Positions 21,248 to 31,784 of a stretch of 64,000 nt of DNA are shown here, in pieces (positions within the stretch are counted from its first letter, which is position 1; the number at the start of each line of letters is the position of its first letter). Below the pieces are notes generated by a model. It made no database searches, was not told the origin of the DNA, and worked only from the letters and a program-made list of their open reading frames with translations. The stretch lies in the NCBI GenBank assembly GCA_963457525.1, contig OY734805.1:2138900-2202899 (forward strand), written 5' to 3'. This DNA is from Parvibaculaceae bacterium (GTDB taxonomy: Bacteria > Pseudomonadota > Alphaproteobacteria > JAPOUT01). The translations under genes were made by a program, and so were the position numbers.

Positions 21248-22122
21248 GATTGCGCGTGCGCGATGCGTTCGCGAAGGTGAACCTGACTTTACGTGTACTG
21301 CGAAAACGCGCCGACGGTTATCATGATATCGAGTCTTTGGTTGTGTTTGTGCGCCTCGCCGATCGATTGGAATGGAGTCGGCAAGCCGATATCGACGGAC
21401 TCACATTACAATTAAGCGGGGATTTTGCCGGAGATACGCCTGCCGGAGAAGAGAATTCAATCCTTCGGGCGGCGGACCTGTTTGCACGACGCTACGGGAT
21501 TTCTTTAGGCGGTAATGTTAGCTTGGAAAAACGCATTCCCGCGGCGGCGGGGTTGGGAGGAGGATCAAGTGATGCCGCCGCTATGCTGGACGCATTGGGA
21601 GAAGAAAATACCGGCGGGGAACTCGAGGCGTTGGCGCTGGATATTGGAGCCGACGTTCTTGCCTGCTTTCGATCGCAAAAGGAAATGCGCGCTTGCATCA
21701 TGCGCGGGCGGGGTGAAAATATCCATGCCATCGATTCTCTGCCGCAGATATCCCTGCTGCTGGTAAAACCCCCGGGCGCGCTGTCGGCAGGGGAGGTTTA
21801 TCACCGCTGGGATGAACTCGGCGAGGAAGAAAAAGGCGCCCTCAATGACATGCCCGCCGAAGATGTAACTCTTAAGGAATTGGCGTCATGGTGCCGGGTG
21901 CGGGGAAATGATCTGGAAACAGCGGCGATTTCCTTGTTGCCGGAAGTTCAGGCCGTTCTCGATTCGTTGAAAGAGAGCCGCGATTGTTTGCTGGCGCGCA
22001 TGAGCGGAAGCGGTCCGGCTTGCTTTGGAATCTATGAAAATTCGGATGCCGTTGAGCAGGCGAGGGCGATGCTTGCGCGCGACCATCCCGATTGGTGGCT
22101 GTGCGCTACAACAATTCGATAA
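21244..22122 (+). CDS. ispE: 4-diphosphocytidyl-2-C-methyl-D-erythritol kinase
   Basis: Begins KVNLTLRV; GHMP-kinase motif IPAAAGLGGGSSDAAA. Confidence 0.9.
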   Translation: MRLRVRDAFAKVNLTLRVLRKRADGYHDIESLVVFVRLADRLEWSRQADIDGLTLQLSGDFAGDTPAGEENSILRAADLFARRYGISLGGNVSLEKRIPAAAGLGGGSSDAAAMLDALGEENTGGELEALALDIGADVLACFRSQKEMRACIMRGRGENIHAIDSLPQISLLLVKPPGALSAGEVYHRWDELGEEEKGALNDMPAEDVTLKELASWCRVRGNDLETAAISLLPEVQAVLDSLKESRDCLLARMSGSGPACFGIYENSDAVEQARAMLARDHPDWWLCATTIR

Positions 22123-22600
22123 AACGTAACAATAGTAAAACAGCTCCGGCGTAAATCGCGGCCATAATATCATCAAGCATGATGCCCCAGCCGTCAGGGA
22201 AGCGGTTTTCGATCCAGCGGATGGGAACAGGCTTGGCAATATCAAACAGACGAAACAGTAAAAAGGCGGCAATCACGCCGGAAAGCGTTAAAGGCGCGAA
22301 GCACAGACACAAGCATTGTCCGGCAGTTTCATCAATGACGATTTCGCTTGGATCTTTTTTATTTGCGGCGCGAGAGTAATTCGTCGACACCCGCACACCG
22401 ATAAGGAAAATTATAAACGTCACAACAACGCCAATAACGGCGCCCCATTGCAATGCCAGCAGTGCTATCGGTAACGCGCCCAGTGCGCCGACGGTTCCCG
22501 GCGCGAAGGGAACACGTCCGCATCCAAACCATGTCGCCAGCAAGACCACGCCGTTATACCAACGCAGCCCGGAGGGCAGGGGGGCGAAAGCGGTTCTCAC
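22106..22600 (-). CDS. pgpA: Phosphatidylglycerophosphatase A
   Basis: 164-aa membrane protein containing GTVGALGALP and a WIENRF.DGWGIMLDD-like segment, both typical of PgpA. Confidence 0.8.
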   Translation of the reverse strand: MRTAFAPLPSGLRWYNGVVLLATWFGCGRVPFAPGTVGALGALPIALLALQWGAVIGVVVTFIIFLIGVRVSTNYSRAANKKDPSEIVIDETAGQCLCLCFAPLTLSGVIAAFLLFRLFDIAKPVPIRWIENRFPDGWGIMLDDIMAAIYAGAVLLLLRFIELL

Positions 22601-23790
22601 GGCACAGCCTTTGGCGATAGATTCGCAACCGCTTGGGCGGCGATGCCTTCACCGCGTCCAAGAAACCCCAATCCCTCGGTCGTCGTTGCTTTGATGCTCA
22701 CAGCGGAGACATCAATGTTCAAAATACCGGCAACGGCTTCCCGCATCGCATCTCGATGGGGCGCAAGACTTGGCGCCTCGCATATCAAAGTGATGTCGAC
22801 ATGATGAATGCAAAAACCTTCTTGATCGGCGAGCTGAACGGCGTGCTTGAGGAATACACCCGAGTCCGAATTCTGCCAGCGCGGGTCGCTCGGAGGGAAA
22901 TGCATGCCTATATCCCCGGCAGAAACGGCGCCAAGAACGGCGTCGGTAAGCGCGTGCAGTCCGACATCGGCATCCGAATGCCCGGCCAGGCTTTTCTCAA
23001 AAGGAATGTCAACGCCGCACAGGCGAATGCAAGCGCCCGATGTGAAGCGGTGGACGTCATAGCCGAATCCTGTTCGCGGATGCTCCTGCGAGTTGAGCAT
23101 AATTTCGGCACGAAGGTGGTCTTCAACGAAGGTGATTTTAAAGTTATCACGCCTACCTTCGATGGACGTTACCGGAATGCCTGCGCACTCGATCAACGCG
23201 GCATCGTCGGAGAAAGAGCTGTCGGCAAGGTCTCGATGCGCCTGCAGCAAGTCGGCAAAGTTGAACCCTTGAGGCGTGAGCGCAAGTCGATAAGAATCCC
23301 GGGGGGTATGGCGAAGAACGCCGTCGTCATATTGTTTGAGGGAATCGGCGAGTGGAATGCTCGGAGTCACGGCCTTCGAATGAGCAAGCGCTTCGAGGCA
23401 CGCGTCAATATCCTCATGGGTGACAAACGGGCGGGCGGCATCGTGGATCAGCACAACATCGGGGGCAAGAGATTCGAGAGACTCTAAACCGGCCCGGGCA
23501 CTCTGCTGCCGGGTTGCTCCGCCCTCCACCGGATCAAGCAGGTTTTCTTGCGATTGAAGATGCTCCAAGGCTTCCTCATATAGAGGGCGTTGCGAAGGAT
23601 TTAGCACCACGCGTATCGCATCGATTCTCTCATGCGTCAGAAAGCACTGTAACGAATGGCAAAGCAAAGGCCTCCCGCCAAGCCGCCGATATTGCTTGGG
23701 AAGCCCGTTTTTTCCGATACGCTCGCCGTATCCGGCGGCAAGAATCAAAGCAATTCTCGCAAATTTCGTGCTAGAATCCTTGGTCGTCAT
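22597..23790 (-). CDS. ispDF: Bifunctional MEP cytidylyltransferase / MEcPP synthase (IspDF fusion)
   Basis: N-terminal IspD (ILAAGYGERIG) fused to C-terminal IspF (GFGYDVHRF...GHSDADV), about 397 aa. This fusion is typical of Alphaproteobacteria. Confidence 0.9.
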   Translation of the reverse strand: MTTKDSSTKFARIALILAAGYGERIGKNGLPKQYRRLGGRPLLCHSLQCFLTHERIDAIRVVLNPSQRPLYEEALEHLQSQENLLDPVEGGATRQQSARAGLESLESLAPDVVLIHDAARPFVTHEDIDACLEALAHSKAVTPSIPLADSLKQYDDGVLRHTPRDSYRLALTPQGFNFADLLQAHRDLADSSFSDDAALIECAGIPVTSIEGRRDNFKITFVEDHLRAEIMLNSQEHPRTGFGYDVHRFTSGACIRLCGVDIPFEKSLAGHSDADVGLHALTDAVLGAVSAGDIGMHFPPSDPRWQNSDSGVFLKHAVQLADQEGFCIHHVDITLICEAPSLAPHRDAMREAVAGILNIDVSAVSIKATTTEGLGFLGRGEGIAAQAVANLSPKAVP

Positions 23791-23869
23791 GTTGCCTTAT
23801 CGCAACCCTGTTGTAAAAAAACCAATAATAGCCCACAATCTCCCTAAACCTCAATAATACCGCAAGCAT

Positions 23870-26122
23870 ATGAGCATATCCTACCCACTCAGCCAGAGAT
23901 ATTCCATCCTCGAGTGGTTGCAGAAGAAAAAATTCTCACCGAGCGCGTGGCTGTCGGTTGGGCTCGTCCCAACCTCCATGATGCTCGGAATTGTAACATA
24001 CGGGATCCTCACCGGACTCGCTCCCGTATCCCTCAACTATACCATTGTTATCATATTGCTGCTCGCGAATTTAGCGGTGGTATCGGTGTTGGTGGGGCTC
24101 ATCGGCAGCCGGGTGCTGCGACTCTATCGTGCACGGCGAAGCGGTCTGGCGGGTGCAAAATTGCATTCAAGACTCGTGATGCTCTTCTCCGGCATTGCGG
24201 TTATACCGGCATTGCTCGTCGGGGTGTTCGCGTTCGTGACATTGCATCAAGAGCTCGAAAGTTGGTTCTCCAAGCGAAATCGCACCATCATTGAAAATTC
24301 TCTCATCATTGCGCAAAGCTATCTCAACGAACACGCGTATCTTTTGCGCGCCGATGTCCACGCTATGCGACAGGACCTGGAGCGTGCCGCCTTCTCGCTC
24401 CGCAACGACAGGGTTGGATTCACCCACTTCCTTACCACGCAATCAGCGTTACGCTCGCTCGCGGATGTATATGTTATCGAGCGTAACGGCAGTGTTCGTG
24501 CGGCAGGGCTTACAAACGCCGCCCTTTCTACAAATACCGCCGATATTGCCGCCGTTCCGCCGACCTCGGGAATGTATGATGCCGCCGACCGCCACGAAGT
24601 CATCCTTATCCGCGATCGCGAAAACAACCGGGTCCGGGCGTTAGCGTCGTTGAATGCGTTGCCGGGGTTTTATCTCCATGTTTCGCGTTTTGTCGACCCG
24701 AGAGTGCTTGAACATCTCGATGGTGCGTCCCGCGCCCGAGACGAGTACGACAGCCTCAAAGACAGGCGATTCGAGGTCGAAATCACCTTTGCCCTGGTTT
24801 ACATTGCGATGACGCTTATCGTGCTACTTTCGGCTATATGGCTGGGCTTGTGGCTTGCCAACCGGATGATGACGCCCTTGGGAGCGTTGGCGTCTGCCGC
24901 CGAGCGCGTCCGCAAAGGCGATTTGTCCGCCCGTGTTGACCTTGATGAAAGCAAAGACGAAATCTCCATATTGGGACGAACATTCAACCGAATGACCGAA
25001 CAAGTTCAATCCCAGCGAGATGAACTTGTGCAGGCAAACATTGAAATGGATGCGCGCAGACGTTTCACCGAAGCGGTTCTCTCGGGTGTTAGTGCCGGCG
25101 TTGTTGGTTTGGACAGCGAAGGCCGCATCAACCATATCAACAAGTCCGCACGGCATTTAATCGGAGGGGACGGGCATTTTCTTCTCGGGCACCCTATTGA
25201 GCAGGCAATTCCGGAGATGGCTCCGCTGGTCAGGCTGGTGATGGCGGTTCCGCAAGAGCGTGCGGAAGAACAAATTACCCTTGATGACGGAGGTGTCCCG
25301 CGAACTCTCCTCGTGCGCGTTGCGGCCGAACGTGAAAACAACGACAATATGGGGTATGTCGTTACTTTCGATGACATCAGTGAACTTGTCGCCGCACAAC
25401 GACGGGCGGCGTGGTCGGATATTGCCAGGCGCATAGCTCACGAAATCAAAAATCCGCTCACGCCAATTCAACTGGCGGCGGAAAGATTGTGGAGTAAATA
25501 TCATGATGAAGTTCGCTCCGACAAGCAGCTTTACAAGCAGTACACCGATACCATCATCCGGCACGTCGGTGATATCGGCCGGATGATTGATGAATTTTCG
25601 TCCTTTGCGCGAATGCCCGCGCCGCGAATGCAGCACCTCGACCTTGTCGAATTGGTTCGACAGGCGGTGTTCTTGCAGCAGTTGGCGCGTGAAGACATCG
25701 ATTATCGAACCGAGATTCCGGATGATCCCGTGCACTTCCACGGCGACAGGGGGCTTTTACGCCAGGCGCTCGGCAACCTTCTCAAGAATGCTCTCGAGGC
25801 GGTGGATGCAAAGCATGCCGATGGCAAGGGAGGCGTCATCCTGGCGCGCTTGCGCACGAGCGGGGAGGAGATTACCATTGAGATTATTGATAACGGCCCG
25901 GGATTGCCGGCAGGGAACCCCGAGAATCTCTTGGAGCCCTACTATACCACCCGTGAAAAAGGCAACGGCCTGGGCCTTGCGATTGTGCGCAAGATTGCAC
26001 AAGATCACGGCGGCGCGCTGGTGCTGGCCAACGCCCAGGGCGAAGCAGGCTTGGATGGCGCGCTCGCAAACCTTAGGTTGCCGGCAAACAAAACAACGAA
26101 CGAAGGAGAAACCAGCGAATGA
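23870..26122 (+). CDS. ntrY: Two-component sensor histidine kinase NtrY
   Basis: N-terminal TM helices, HAMP, PAS, then HisKA (IAHEIKNPLTPIQ) and HATPase (GNGLGLAIV) domains. The last codons overlap ntrX. Confidence 0.85.
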   Translation: MSISYPLSQRYSILEWLQKKKFSPSAWLSVGLVPTSMMLGIVTYGILTGLAPVSLNYTIVIILLLANLAVVSVLVGLIGSRVLRLYRARRSGLAGAKLHSRLVMLFSGIAVIPALLVGVFAFVTLHQELESWFSKRNRTIIENSLIIAQSYLNEHAYLLRADVHAMRQDLERAAFSLRNDRVGFTHFLTTQSALRSLADVYVIERNGSVRAAGLTNAALSTNTADIAAVPPTSGMYDAADRHEVILIRDRENNRVRALASLNALPGFYLHVSRFVDPRVLEHLDGASRARDEYDSLKDRRFEVEITFALVYIAMTLIVLLSAIWLGLWLANRMMTPLGALASAAERVRKGDLSARVDLDESKDEISILGRTFNRMTEQVQSQRDELVQANIEMDARRRFTEAVLSGVSAGVVGLDSEGRINHINKSARHLIGGDGHFLLGHPIEQAIPEMAPLVRLVMAVPQERAEEQITLDDGGVPRTLLVRVAAERENNDNMGYVVTFDDISELVAAQRRAAWSDIARRIAHEIKNPLTPIQLAAERLWSKYHDEVRSDKQLYKQYTDTIIRHVGDIGRMIDEFSSFARMPAPRMQHLDLVELVRQAVFLQQLAREDIDYRTEIPDDPVHFHGDRGLLRQALGNLLKNALEAVDAKHADGKGGVILARLRTSGEEITIEIIDNGPGLPAGNPENLLEPYYTTREKGNGLGLAIVRKIAQDHGGALVLANAQGEAGLDGALANLRLPANKTTNEGETSE

Positions 26123-27492
26123 ATCCGGCACGCTGTGATATTTTGATTGTGGATGACGAGGTGGATATCCTCAACCTGGTTCGCGATATCCTTACCGAAG
26201 AGGGCTATCGCGTTAAAACGGCTGTGGACGGCGAAAAAGCGCTTAAAATCATTGAAGAACACCCGCCGACACTGATGTTGCTCGATATTTGGCTCGGCAA
26301 AGATCATTCTAACGGCTTGGAGGTGCTTAATTCCGTCAAACACACGCATCCGAACATTCCGGTGATTATGATTAGCGGGCATGGAACCATTGAGACGGCT
26401 GTCTCTGCGATTAAGAAGGGCGCCTACGAGTTCATTGAAAAGCCTTTCAATGCGGCGAAATTGCTGTTGCTGACGCGCCGGGCCATCGAAGCGATAAACC
26501 TAAGGCGCGAAAACCAGGAGTTGCGGTTGCGCCTGGGCAGTATCGATAGGGTGCTGGGGGTTTCCAACGCAATGAACCAATTGCGCCAGACAATTGAGAA
26601 AGTCGCGCCGACGAGTTCGCGCGTGTTGATAACAGGGCCGTCCGGCACGGGCAAGGAGGTGACCGCGCGATTGATACACATGCATTCGAAACGCTCGGAG
26701 GGCCCTTTTGTCGCCCTCAATGCCGCGGCGATGACGCCCAAGCGCATGGAAACGGAACTTTTCGGCATCGAGGGCGAGGGGAAAACAGGCGCCTTCGAGC
26801 AAGCCGACGGGGGCACGTTGTTCTTGGACGAAATCGCCGATATGCCGTTGGGAACACAAGGAAAAATTTTGCGGGTGCTGGTCGAGCAGACGTTTGAGCG
26901 CGTTGGAGGAAACTCGCAGGTGCAGGTGGATGTTCGGGTGATGTCGTCTTCGAGTCGCAATATTGAAGAAGAGATCGAAGAGGGGCGCTTGCGCAGCGAC
27001 TTGTTTCACCGCTTGAATGTCGTGCCGGTGCGATTGCCGCCGCTGTGCGAGCGTCGCGAGGACATTCCCGAATTGGCGGAATATATGGCGCGGCAGTTTT
27101 CCATGGCGTCCATGATTCCCTATCGTCCGCTTGCGCCCGATGCCATCGCCTTGCTGCAAGCGCACGATTGGCCGGGAAACATCCGGCAGCTTCGCAACAA
27201 TGTTGAGCGCATCATTATTATGGCAGGAGGAGCGCCGGGCTCGCCGATAACCGCATCAATGCTGCCTGCGGAGGTGATCGACTCCGGAACGCTGCTGCCG
27301 GATAAATCCACGGGCGAACGTTTGATGACTTTGCCTCTGCGCGAGGCCCGCCAGGCTTTTGAGCGTGAATATCTTTTGACGCAAATGAGTCGTTTTGAGG
27401 GCAATGTTTCGAGGACGGCGAATTTCATTGGCATGGAGCGTTCCGCTTTACATCGAAAAATTAAATTGCTTGGTGTGGAGTCGGAAAGTTAA
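26119..27492 (+). CDS. ntrX: Sigma-54-dependent response regulator NtrX
   Basis: REC domain (ILIVDDEVDIL...D), AAA+ sigma-54 activator core (GPSGTGKE, GAFEQADGGTLFLDEI) and a C-terminal HTH. Confidence 0.85.
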   Translation: MNPARCDILIVDDEVDILNLVRDILTEEGYRVKTAVDGEKALKIIEEHPPTLMLLDIWLGKDHSNGLEVLNSVKHTHPNIPVIMISGHGTIETAVSAIKKGAYEFIEKPFNAAKLLLLTRRAIEAINLRRENQELRLRLGSIDRVLGVSNAMNQLRQTIEKVAPTSSRVLITGPSGTGKEVTARLIHMHSKRSEGPFVALNAAAMTPKRMETELFGIEGEGKTGAFEQADGGTLFLDEIADMPLGTQGKILRVLVEQTFERVGGNSQVQVDVRVMSSSSRNIEEEIEEGRLRSDLFHRLNVVPVRLPPLCERREDIPELAEYMARQFSMASMIPYRPLAPDAIALLQAHDWPGNIRQLRNNVERIIIMAGGAPGSPITASMLPAEVIDSGTLLPDKSTGERLMTLPLREARQAFEREYLLTQMSRFEGNVSRTANFIGMERSALHRKIKLLGVESES

Positions 27493-27495
27493 CAT

Positions 27496-28872
27496 ATGAA
27501 AGTTGTTATTTGTGGAGCAGGGCAGGTTGGCACGGGCATCGCCTCGCAGTTGGCAAAAGAACGCAACGATGTCACCGTTATCGATAATTCTCCCGAACTG
27601 ATAAGCCGCATCGAGAGCAATCTTGATGTCACCGCGGTTCTCGGACATGGCTCGCATCCGGACGTTTTAGAGAAGGCAAATATACGCGAGGCGGACATGC
27701 TGATAGCGGTGACCTACGCCGACGAGGTCAACATGATTGCCTGCCAGATGGCGCATTCTCTCTTCGATGTTCCCACGAAAATTGCGCGCGTGCGCAACCA
27801 GAGCTACCTGCAGCCGGAATGGCAAAACCTGTATACGCGGGAGAACATGCCCATTGATGTCATCATCTCGCCGGAGTTGGAGGTCGGCCGCACGATTATG
27901 ACGCGATTGTCACTGCATGGCGCTTTCGAGAGCATCGCGTTTGCCGACGGCAAGGTCAATCTCACGGGAATTTCAATGGGTGAGGACTGTCCGTTAATCG
28001 ATACGCCTTTACGCCAGCTCACAGGCTTGTTTCCGAATCTTGAGGCGATTGTTGTGGGCGTTTCGCGTAACGGGGACTTTTTCGTTCCCAAAGCAACGGA
28101 TCACCTTCTTGTAGGCGACGATGTTTATCTGGTGATTTCCAGCGAGGATTTAAGGCGCACTCTCGATATATTCGGTTATGGAGAGAAGAAAAACCGCCGT
28201 GTCGTGATTGTCGGCGGCGGAAACATCGGTCTTTATGTTGCCGAGCAATTGGAACGCGAGCATCCCGATATGCGCATTAAGATCATCGAAGCCAATCGCG
28301 AGCGCGCCATGCATATTGCCTCGAGATTAAAGCGCACGTTGGTATTGCATGGAGACGCTCTTTCACCGGAACTCTTGCGCGAGGCCGGCATAGCCAACAG
28401 CGAGACCATCCTTGCATTAAGCAACGACGACCAGGTCAACCTGCTCGCGGCCGTGCTCGGCAAGCAGGAAGGCGCACAGCGATCGATGTGCTTGGTTAAT
28501 AATCACGACTATCGACATTTGGCGCACAGTTTTGGCGTGGATGTTTACATCAACCCGCGTGCAACAACGGTCTCGTCGGTATTACAGCATGTTCGACGGG
28601 GCAGGGTGAAGGGACTCTACTCGCTGCATGATGGTGCGGCCGAGGTTATTGATGCAGAAGCCCTGCAGACTTCCCCTTTGCTCGGCCAGCCCTTGCGCGA
28701 GGCAAGCCTGCCCGACGGCATCATCATCGGAGCGGTTGTGCGCGATGGCGAGGTGCTCAAGCCTCATGGGGACACTCGCATTCTCGCAGGCGACCGCATT
28801 ATCGTTCTTGCGCGTGCCGACCAACTGCGCAGTGCGGAGCAATTGTTCCGTGTTAGCGCCGGATTTTTCTAA
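27496..28872 (+). CDS. trkA: Trk potassium uptake protein TrkA, tandem RCK domains
   Basis: MKVVICGAGQVGTGIA Rossmann NAD-binding motif, repeated at VVIVGGGNIGLYVA; 458 aa. Confidence 0.9.
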   Translation: MKVVICGAGQVGTGIASQLAKERNDVTVIDNSPELISRIESNLDVTAVLGHGSHPDVLEKANIREADMLIAVTYADEVNMIACQMAHSLFDVPTKIARVRNQSYLQPEWQNLYTRENMPIDVIISPELEVGRTIMTRLSLHGAFESIAFADGKVNLTGISMGEDCPLIDTPLRQLTGLFPNLEAIVVGVSRNGDFFVPKATDHLLVGDDVYLVISSEDLRRTLDIFGYGEKKNRRVVIVGGGNIGLYVAEQLEREHPDMRIKIIEANRERAMHIASRLKRTLVLHGDALSPELLREAGIANSETILALSNDDQVNLLAAVLGKQEGAQRSMCLVNNHDYRHLAHSFGVDVYINPRATTVSSVLQHVRRGRVKGLYSLHDGAAEVIDAEALQTSPLLGQPLREASLPDGIIIGAVVRDGEVLKPHGDTRILAGDRIIVLARADQLRSAEQLFRVSAGFF

Positions 28873-28882
28873 TCGTTGCGAG

Positions 28883-30313
28883 ATGATTGGACGTTTCTTC
28901 GGGCTTCCCGTCGGCATTCTTGCGACGGCCATGCTGGCGCCGTTGTCATGTGCGTTTTTTCTCGATGAGCAGGATGCCCTTATCGGTTTTTTGATTGCGA
29001 TGCTGATTGCGGCTTTTTATGCCGTCATCGTATTGCTCGCATTACAAAACAAAAACGACAACATTGGACGCAAAGGCCGGGGCGCGGTTTTTTTGCGGTT
29101 GGCAGCTTTTTGGTTTTCATTGCCGATATTTGCGGCCATCCCGTTTGTGATGAGCGGCGAGATGGATGTGGCAAGCGCTTATTTCGAGGCGATCTCGGGT
29201 TTTACGACCACGGGCGCAAGCGTCCTTGACGATCCCGACCGGAGCGCGCGCTCGATATTGTTGTGGCGCGCCGTATTGCAATGGCTGGGAGGCCTATCAA
29301 GCCTGATTATCATTGCGGCGTTTTTATTGCCGCTAAAACTCATCGAGATGGGGGAGGGCACGCCGGTATTGCCCAACAAGGGCGATACGAGCATATCGTT
29401 GGAACACATCACGTTAATGCTGCTTGTGCCCTATGGCGGGCTGACGCTCGTGTGTTTCATGGCATTGCTTGCCTCCAATTTATCCGCATTTCATGCGTTG
29501 TGCATGAGCTTGAGTTTGATTTCGACGGGAGGGTTTATTTCGTCCGATACGCTTGAGCCGAATCTTTTCGGCAGGATAATAATGATGTTGTTTATGTTGC
29601 TGGGCGCGGTAAATTTCTCTTATCTATGTGCAATTTCCCGCGGCAATTTCCGTCTCTCACGCACCGCATCGGAATTGCGGTTGCTGCTGTGCCTTTGGCT
29701 GTTTGCGGCGCTGCTGTTGAGCGTTTCTTTTTACGACAACGGCACGGGCGGATGGATGGAGTCCGCGGGCGCGGGTTTGTTTGCGGCAGCCTCGCTGTTG
29801 AGCACGACGGCAATGACATCCTTCGATGTTGGCGCGGATTACTCCGTGCCGGTGCCTCTGTTGCTGCTGCTGCCTGTAATGGGGGGCTGTTGTTTTTCTA
29901 CCGCGGGCGGAATTAAACTTGCAAGAATTCTCTTGGTCACGCGCCATAGTTGGCGCGAACTGGAAAAGTTGATACATCCCAGCAGTGTCGTTCCGGTGCG
30001 CGGTGACATCGATGCGCGGGGGATGCGCACGATTTGGGCCTATTTCGGGGCATTTTTCGTATGTTTGGGGATTGGTGCAAGCCTGCTTTCTTTTTCGGGA
30101 GTTCCGTTTTTGCCGGCATTGACTTCCGCGGTTGGCGCCTTGAGCAATGCGGGAGCAATGCTGCATTATCTGGATCCTGCCGCGCTGGGGGGGCATTCCT
30201 ATGATGATGTTGGCTTGCTGGGCAAGGGCGCGCTGATATTTTTGATGGTTGCCGGCCGTGTCGAGATATTGCTGCTGCTGGGATTGTTTTTGCCGGCGTA
30301 TTGGCGCACATGA
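28883..30313 (+). CDS. trkH: Trk potassium transporter membrane subunit TrkH
   Basis: About 476-aa polytopic membrane protein with TTGAS and STGGF selectivity-filter-like segments. The start was moved to the ATG at 28883, just after the trkA stop. Confidence 0.8.
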   Translation: MIGRFFGLPVGILATAMLAPLSCAFFLDEQDALIGFLIAMLIAAFYAVIVLLALQNKNDNIGRKGRGAVFLRLAAFWFSLPIFAAIPFVMSGEMDVASAYFEAISGFTTTGASVLDDPDRSARSILLWRAVLQWLGGLSSLIIIAAFLLPLKLIEMGEGTPVLPNKGDTSISLEHITLMLLVPYGGLTLVCFMALLASNLSAFHALCMSLSLISTGGFISSDTLEPNLFGRIIMMLFMLLGAVNFSYLCAISRGNFRLSRTASELRLLLCLWLFAALLLSVSFYDNGTGGWMESAGAGLFAAASLLSTTAMTSFDVGADYSVPVPLLLLLPVMGGCCFSTAGGIKLARILLVTRHSWRELEKLIHPSSVVPVRGDIDARGMRTIWAYFGAFFVCLGIGASLLSFSGVPFLPALTSAVGALSNAGAMLHYLDPAALGGHSYDDVGLLGKGALIFLMVAGRVEILLLLGLFLPAYWRT

Positions 30314-31635
30314 AGGCGGACGGCGTTAAGTACGAGGAAGAGGGAACCCGCACGCATATTCTCTCCTGCGTGTTTACGGGCAAGCGGCAGGGAGGAGGGG
30401 AGATGGAAGAGAGCGTAGCGCTGGCCCGCGCAATCGACCTCAATATCGTTTGCGCCGAGCGCGTGAGGATCGCCGCGGCACGTTCGGCGACCTTACTGGG
30501 ATCGGGCAAGGTTGCGGAATTGAAAGCGCAATTTTCACAGGAGAGAATTGCGTTGGCGGTTGTGGATGCGGATTTATCGCCGATACAACAGCGCAATCTT
30601 GAACGCGCCTGGGGGGTTAAGGTGCTCGATCGAACCGGACTGATACTGGAGATATTTGCGGCTCGTGCGCGTTCGCGCGAAGGACGTTTGCAGGTTGAAC
30701 TGGCGCGGCTGACTTATCAAAGAACCCGGTTGGTTCGCGGATGGACCCATTTGGAGAGGCAGCGTGGCGGATTGGGTTTTGTCGGCGGCCCGGGAGAGAC
30801 CCAGATAGAAGCGGACCGCCGCTTGTTGCAGCAACGGATTTCGAGATTGTCCCGGCAATTGGAAAATGTCCGGCGCACGCGCCGGGAGCATCGCAAGAGG
30901 CGAAACAAGAAGGATTTGCCGTTATTGTCCCTGGTCGGTTATACCAACTGCGGAAAGTCCACATTATTCAACCGGCTAAGCGCTTCGAATGTTTTGGCGC
31001 GCAACATGCTGTTTGCGACGCTGGATCCGACCGTTCGGGGCGTTGAGATGGACGGGGCAGGCAGGTTTCTCTTGTCGGACACGGTCGGCTTCATTCGCAA
31101 CCTGCCGACGGATTTGGTGCTGTCCTTTCGCGCGACACTGGAGGAGATTGTTGAGGCCGATATTCTGCTGCATGTTCATGATGCTTCTCAAAGCGAGGAG
31201 GAGCGTTGCCGCCAGGGGGAGAACGTTGAGGAGATTCTGTGCAGCCTCGGCATCGGCGAGGATTGGGAGGAGCGGATTATCCATGTCTATAACAAGATGG
31301 ACGCGGCGGACGAGGAAACGCGCGTTTTGCTGGAAAACCGGGCGAGGCGCGAAGGCAACGCCTGTTTGGTCTCGGCGCGGACGGGCGAGGGATTCGAGGC
31401 TTTGTCGCGGCTGCTGGGAGAGCGAATTTCCCGCTTGTCCAGGGATGTCCTTGCGCTGTTATTGGAGCCTGAAGAGGAGGCTTGCCGGGCATGGCTTTAT
31501 CGCCACGGGCATATTGAGTCGCAGGAACGCGATGCTCGCGGACGGGTTCGCTTGCGCGTGGCGCTGACATCCGCGGCGCTGGGAAGCTTCTCCAAGAGGT
31601 TTCCCGGCGTGGCGGGAAGATTGGAAGAAAATTGA
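30301..31635 (+). CDS. hflX: GTPase HflX
   Basis: HflX N-domain followed by a GTPase domain (LVGYTNCGKSTLFN, DTVGFI, NKMD). It follows trkH, in the position that I recall being occupied by hfq in related genomes. Confidence 0.85.
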   Translation: MAHMKADGVKYEEEGTRTHILSCVFTGKRQGGGEMEESVALARAIDLNIVCAERVRIAAARSATLLGSGKVAELKAQFSQERIALAVVDADLSPIQQRNLERAWGVKVLDRTGLILEIFAARARSREGRLQVELARLTYQRTRLVRGWTHLERQRGGLGFVGGPGETQIEADRRLLQQRISRLSRQLENVRRTRREHRKRRNKKDLPLLSLVGYTNCGKSTLFNRLSASNVLARNMLFATLDPTVRGVEMDGAGRFLLSDTVGFIRNLPTDLVLSFRATLEEIVEADILLHVHDASQSEEERCRQGENVEEILCSLGIGEDWEERIIHVYNKMDAADEETRVLLENRARREGNACLVSARTGEGFEALSRLLGERISRLSRDVLALLLEPEEEACRAWLYRHGHIESQERDARGRVRLRVALTSAALGSFSKRFPGVAGRLEEN

Positions 31636-31784
31636 TTGTTTTCAGGAGGTTGCAAGCAAAACTTCACACGGGCGCAAAAGGACATATCAAAAATTTCGCA
31701 TAATACCTGTTTCCGGCTAAATAGAGGCCAAAAATTGCCGGAAATGCGGCGAAAATCCGAGACGCCGAAGCCCGTCCCCGCCGC

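Noticed and set aside
30313-31784. An hfq gene, looked for in the trkH-hflX region and the hflX-MBL intergenic region
   Set aside because: No roughly 80-aa Sm-like ORF is present on either strand; hfq is simply absent from this window.
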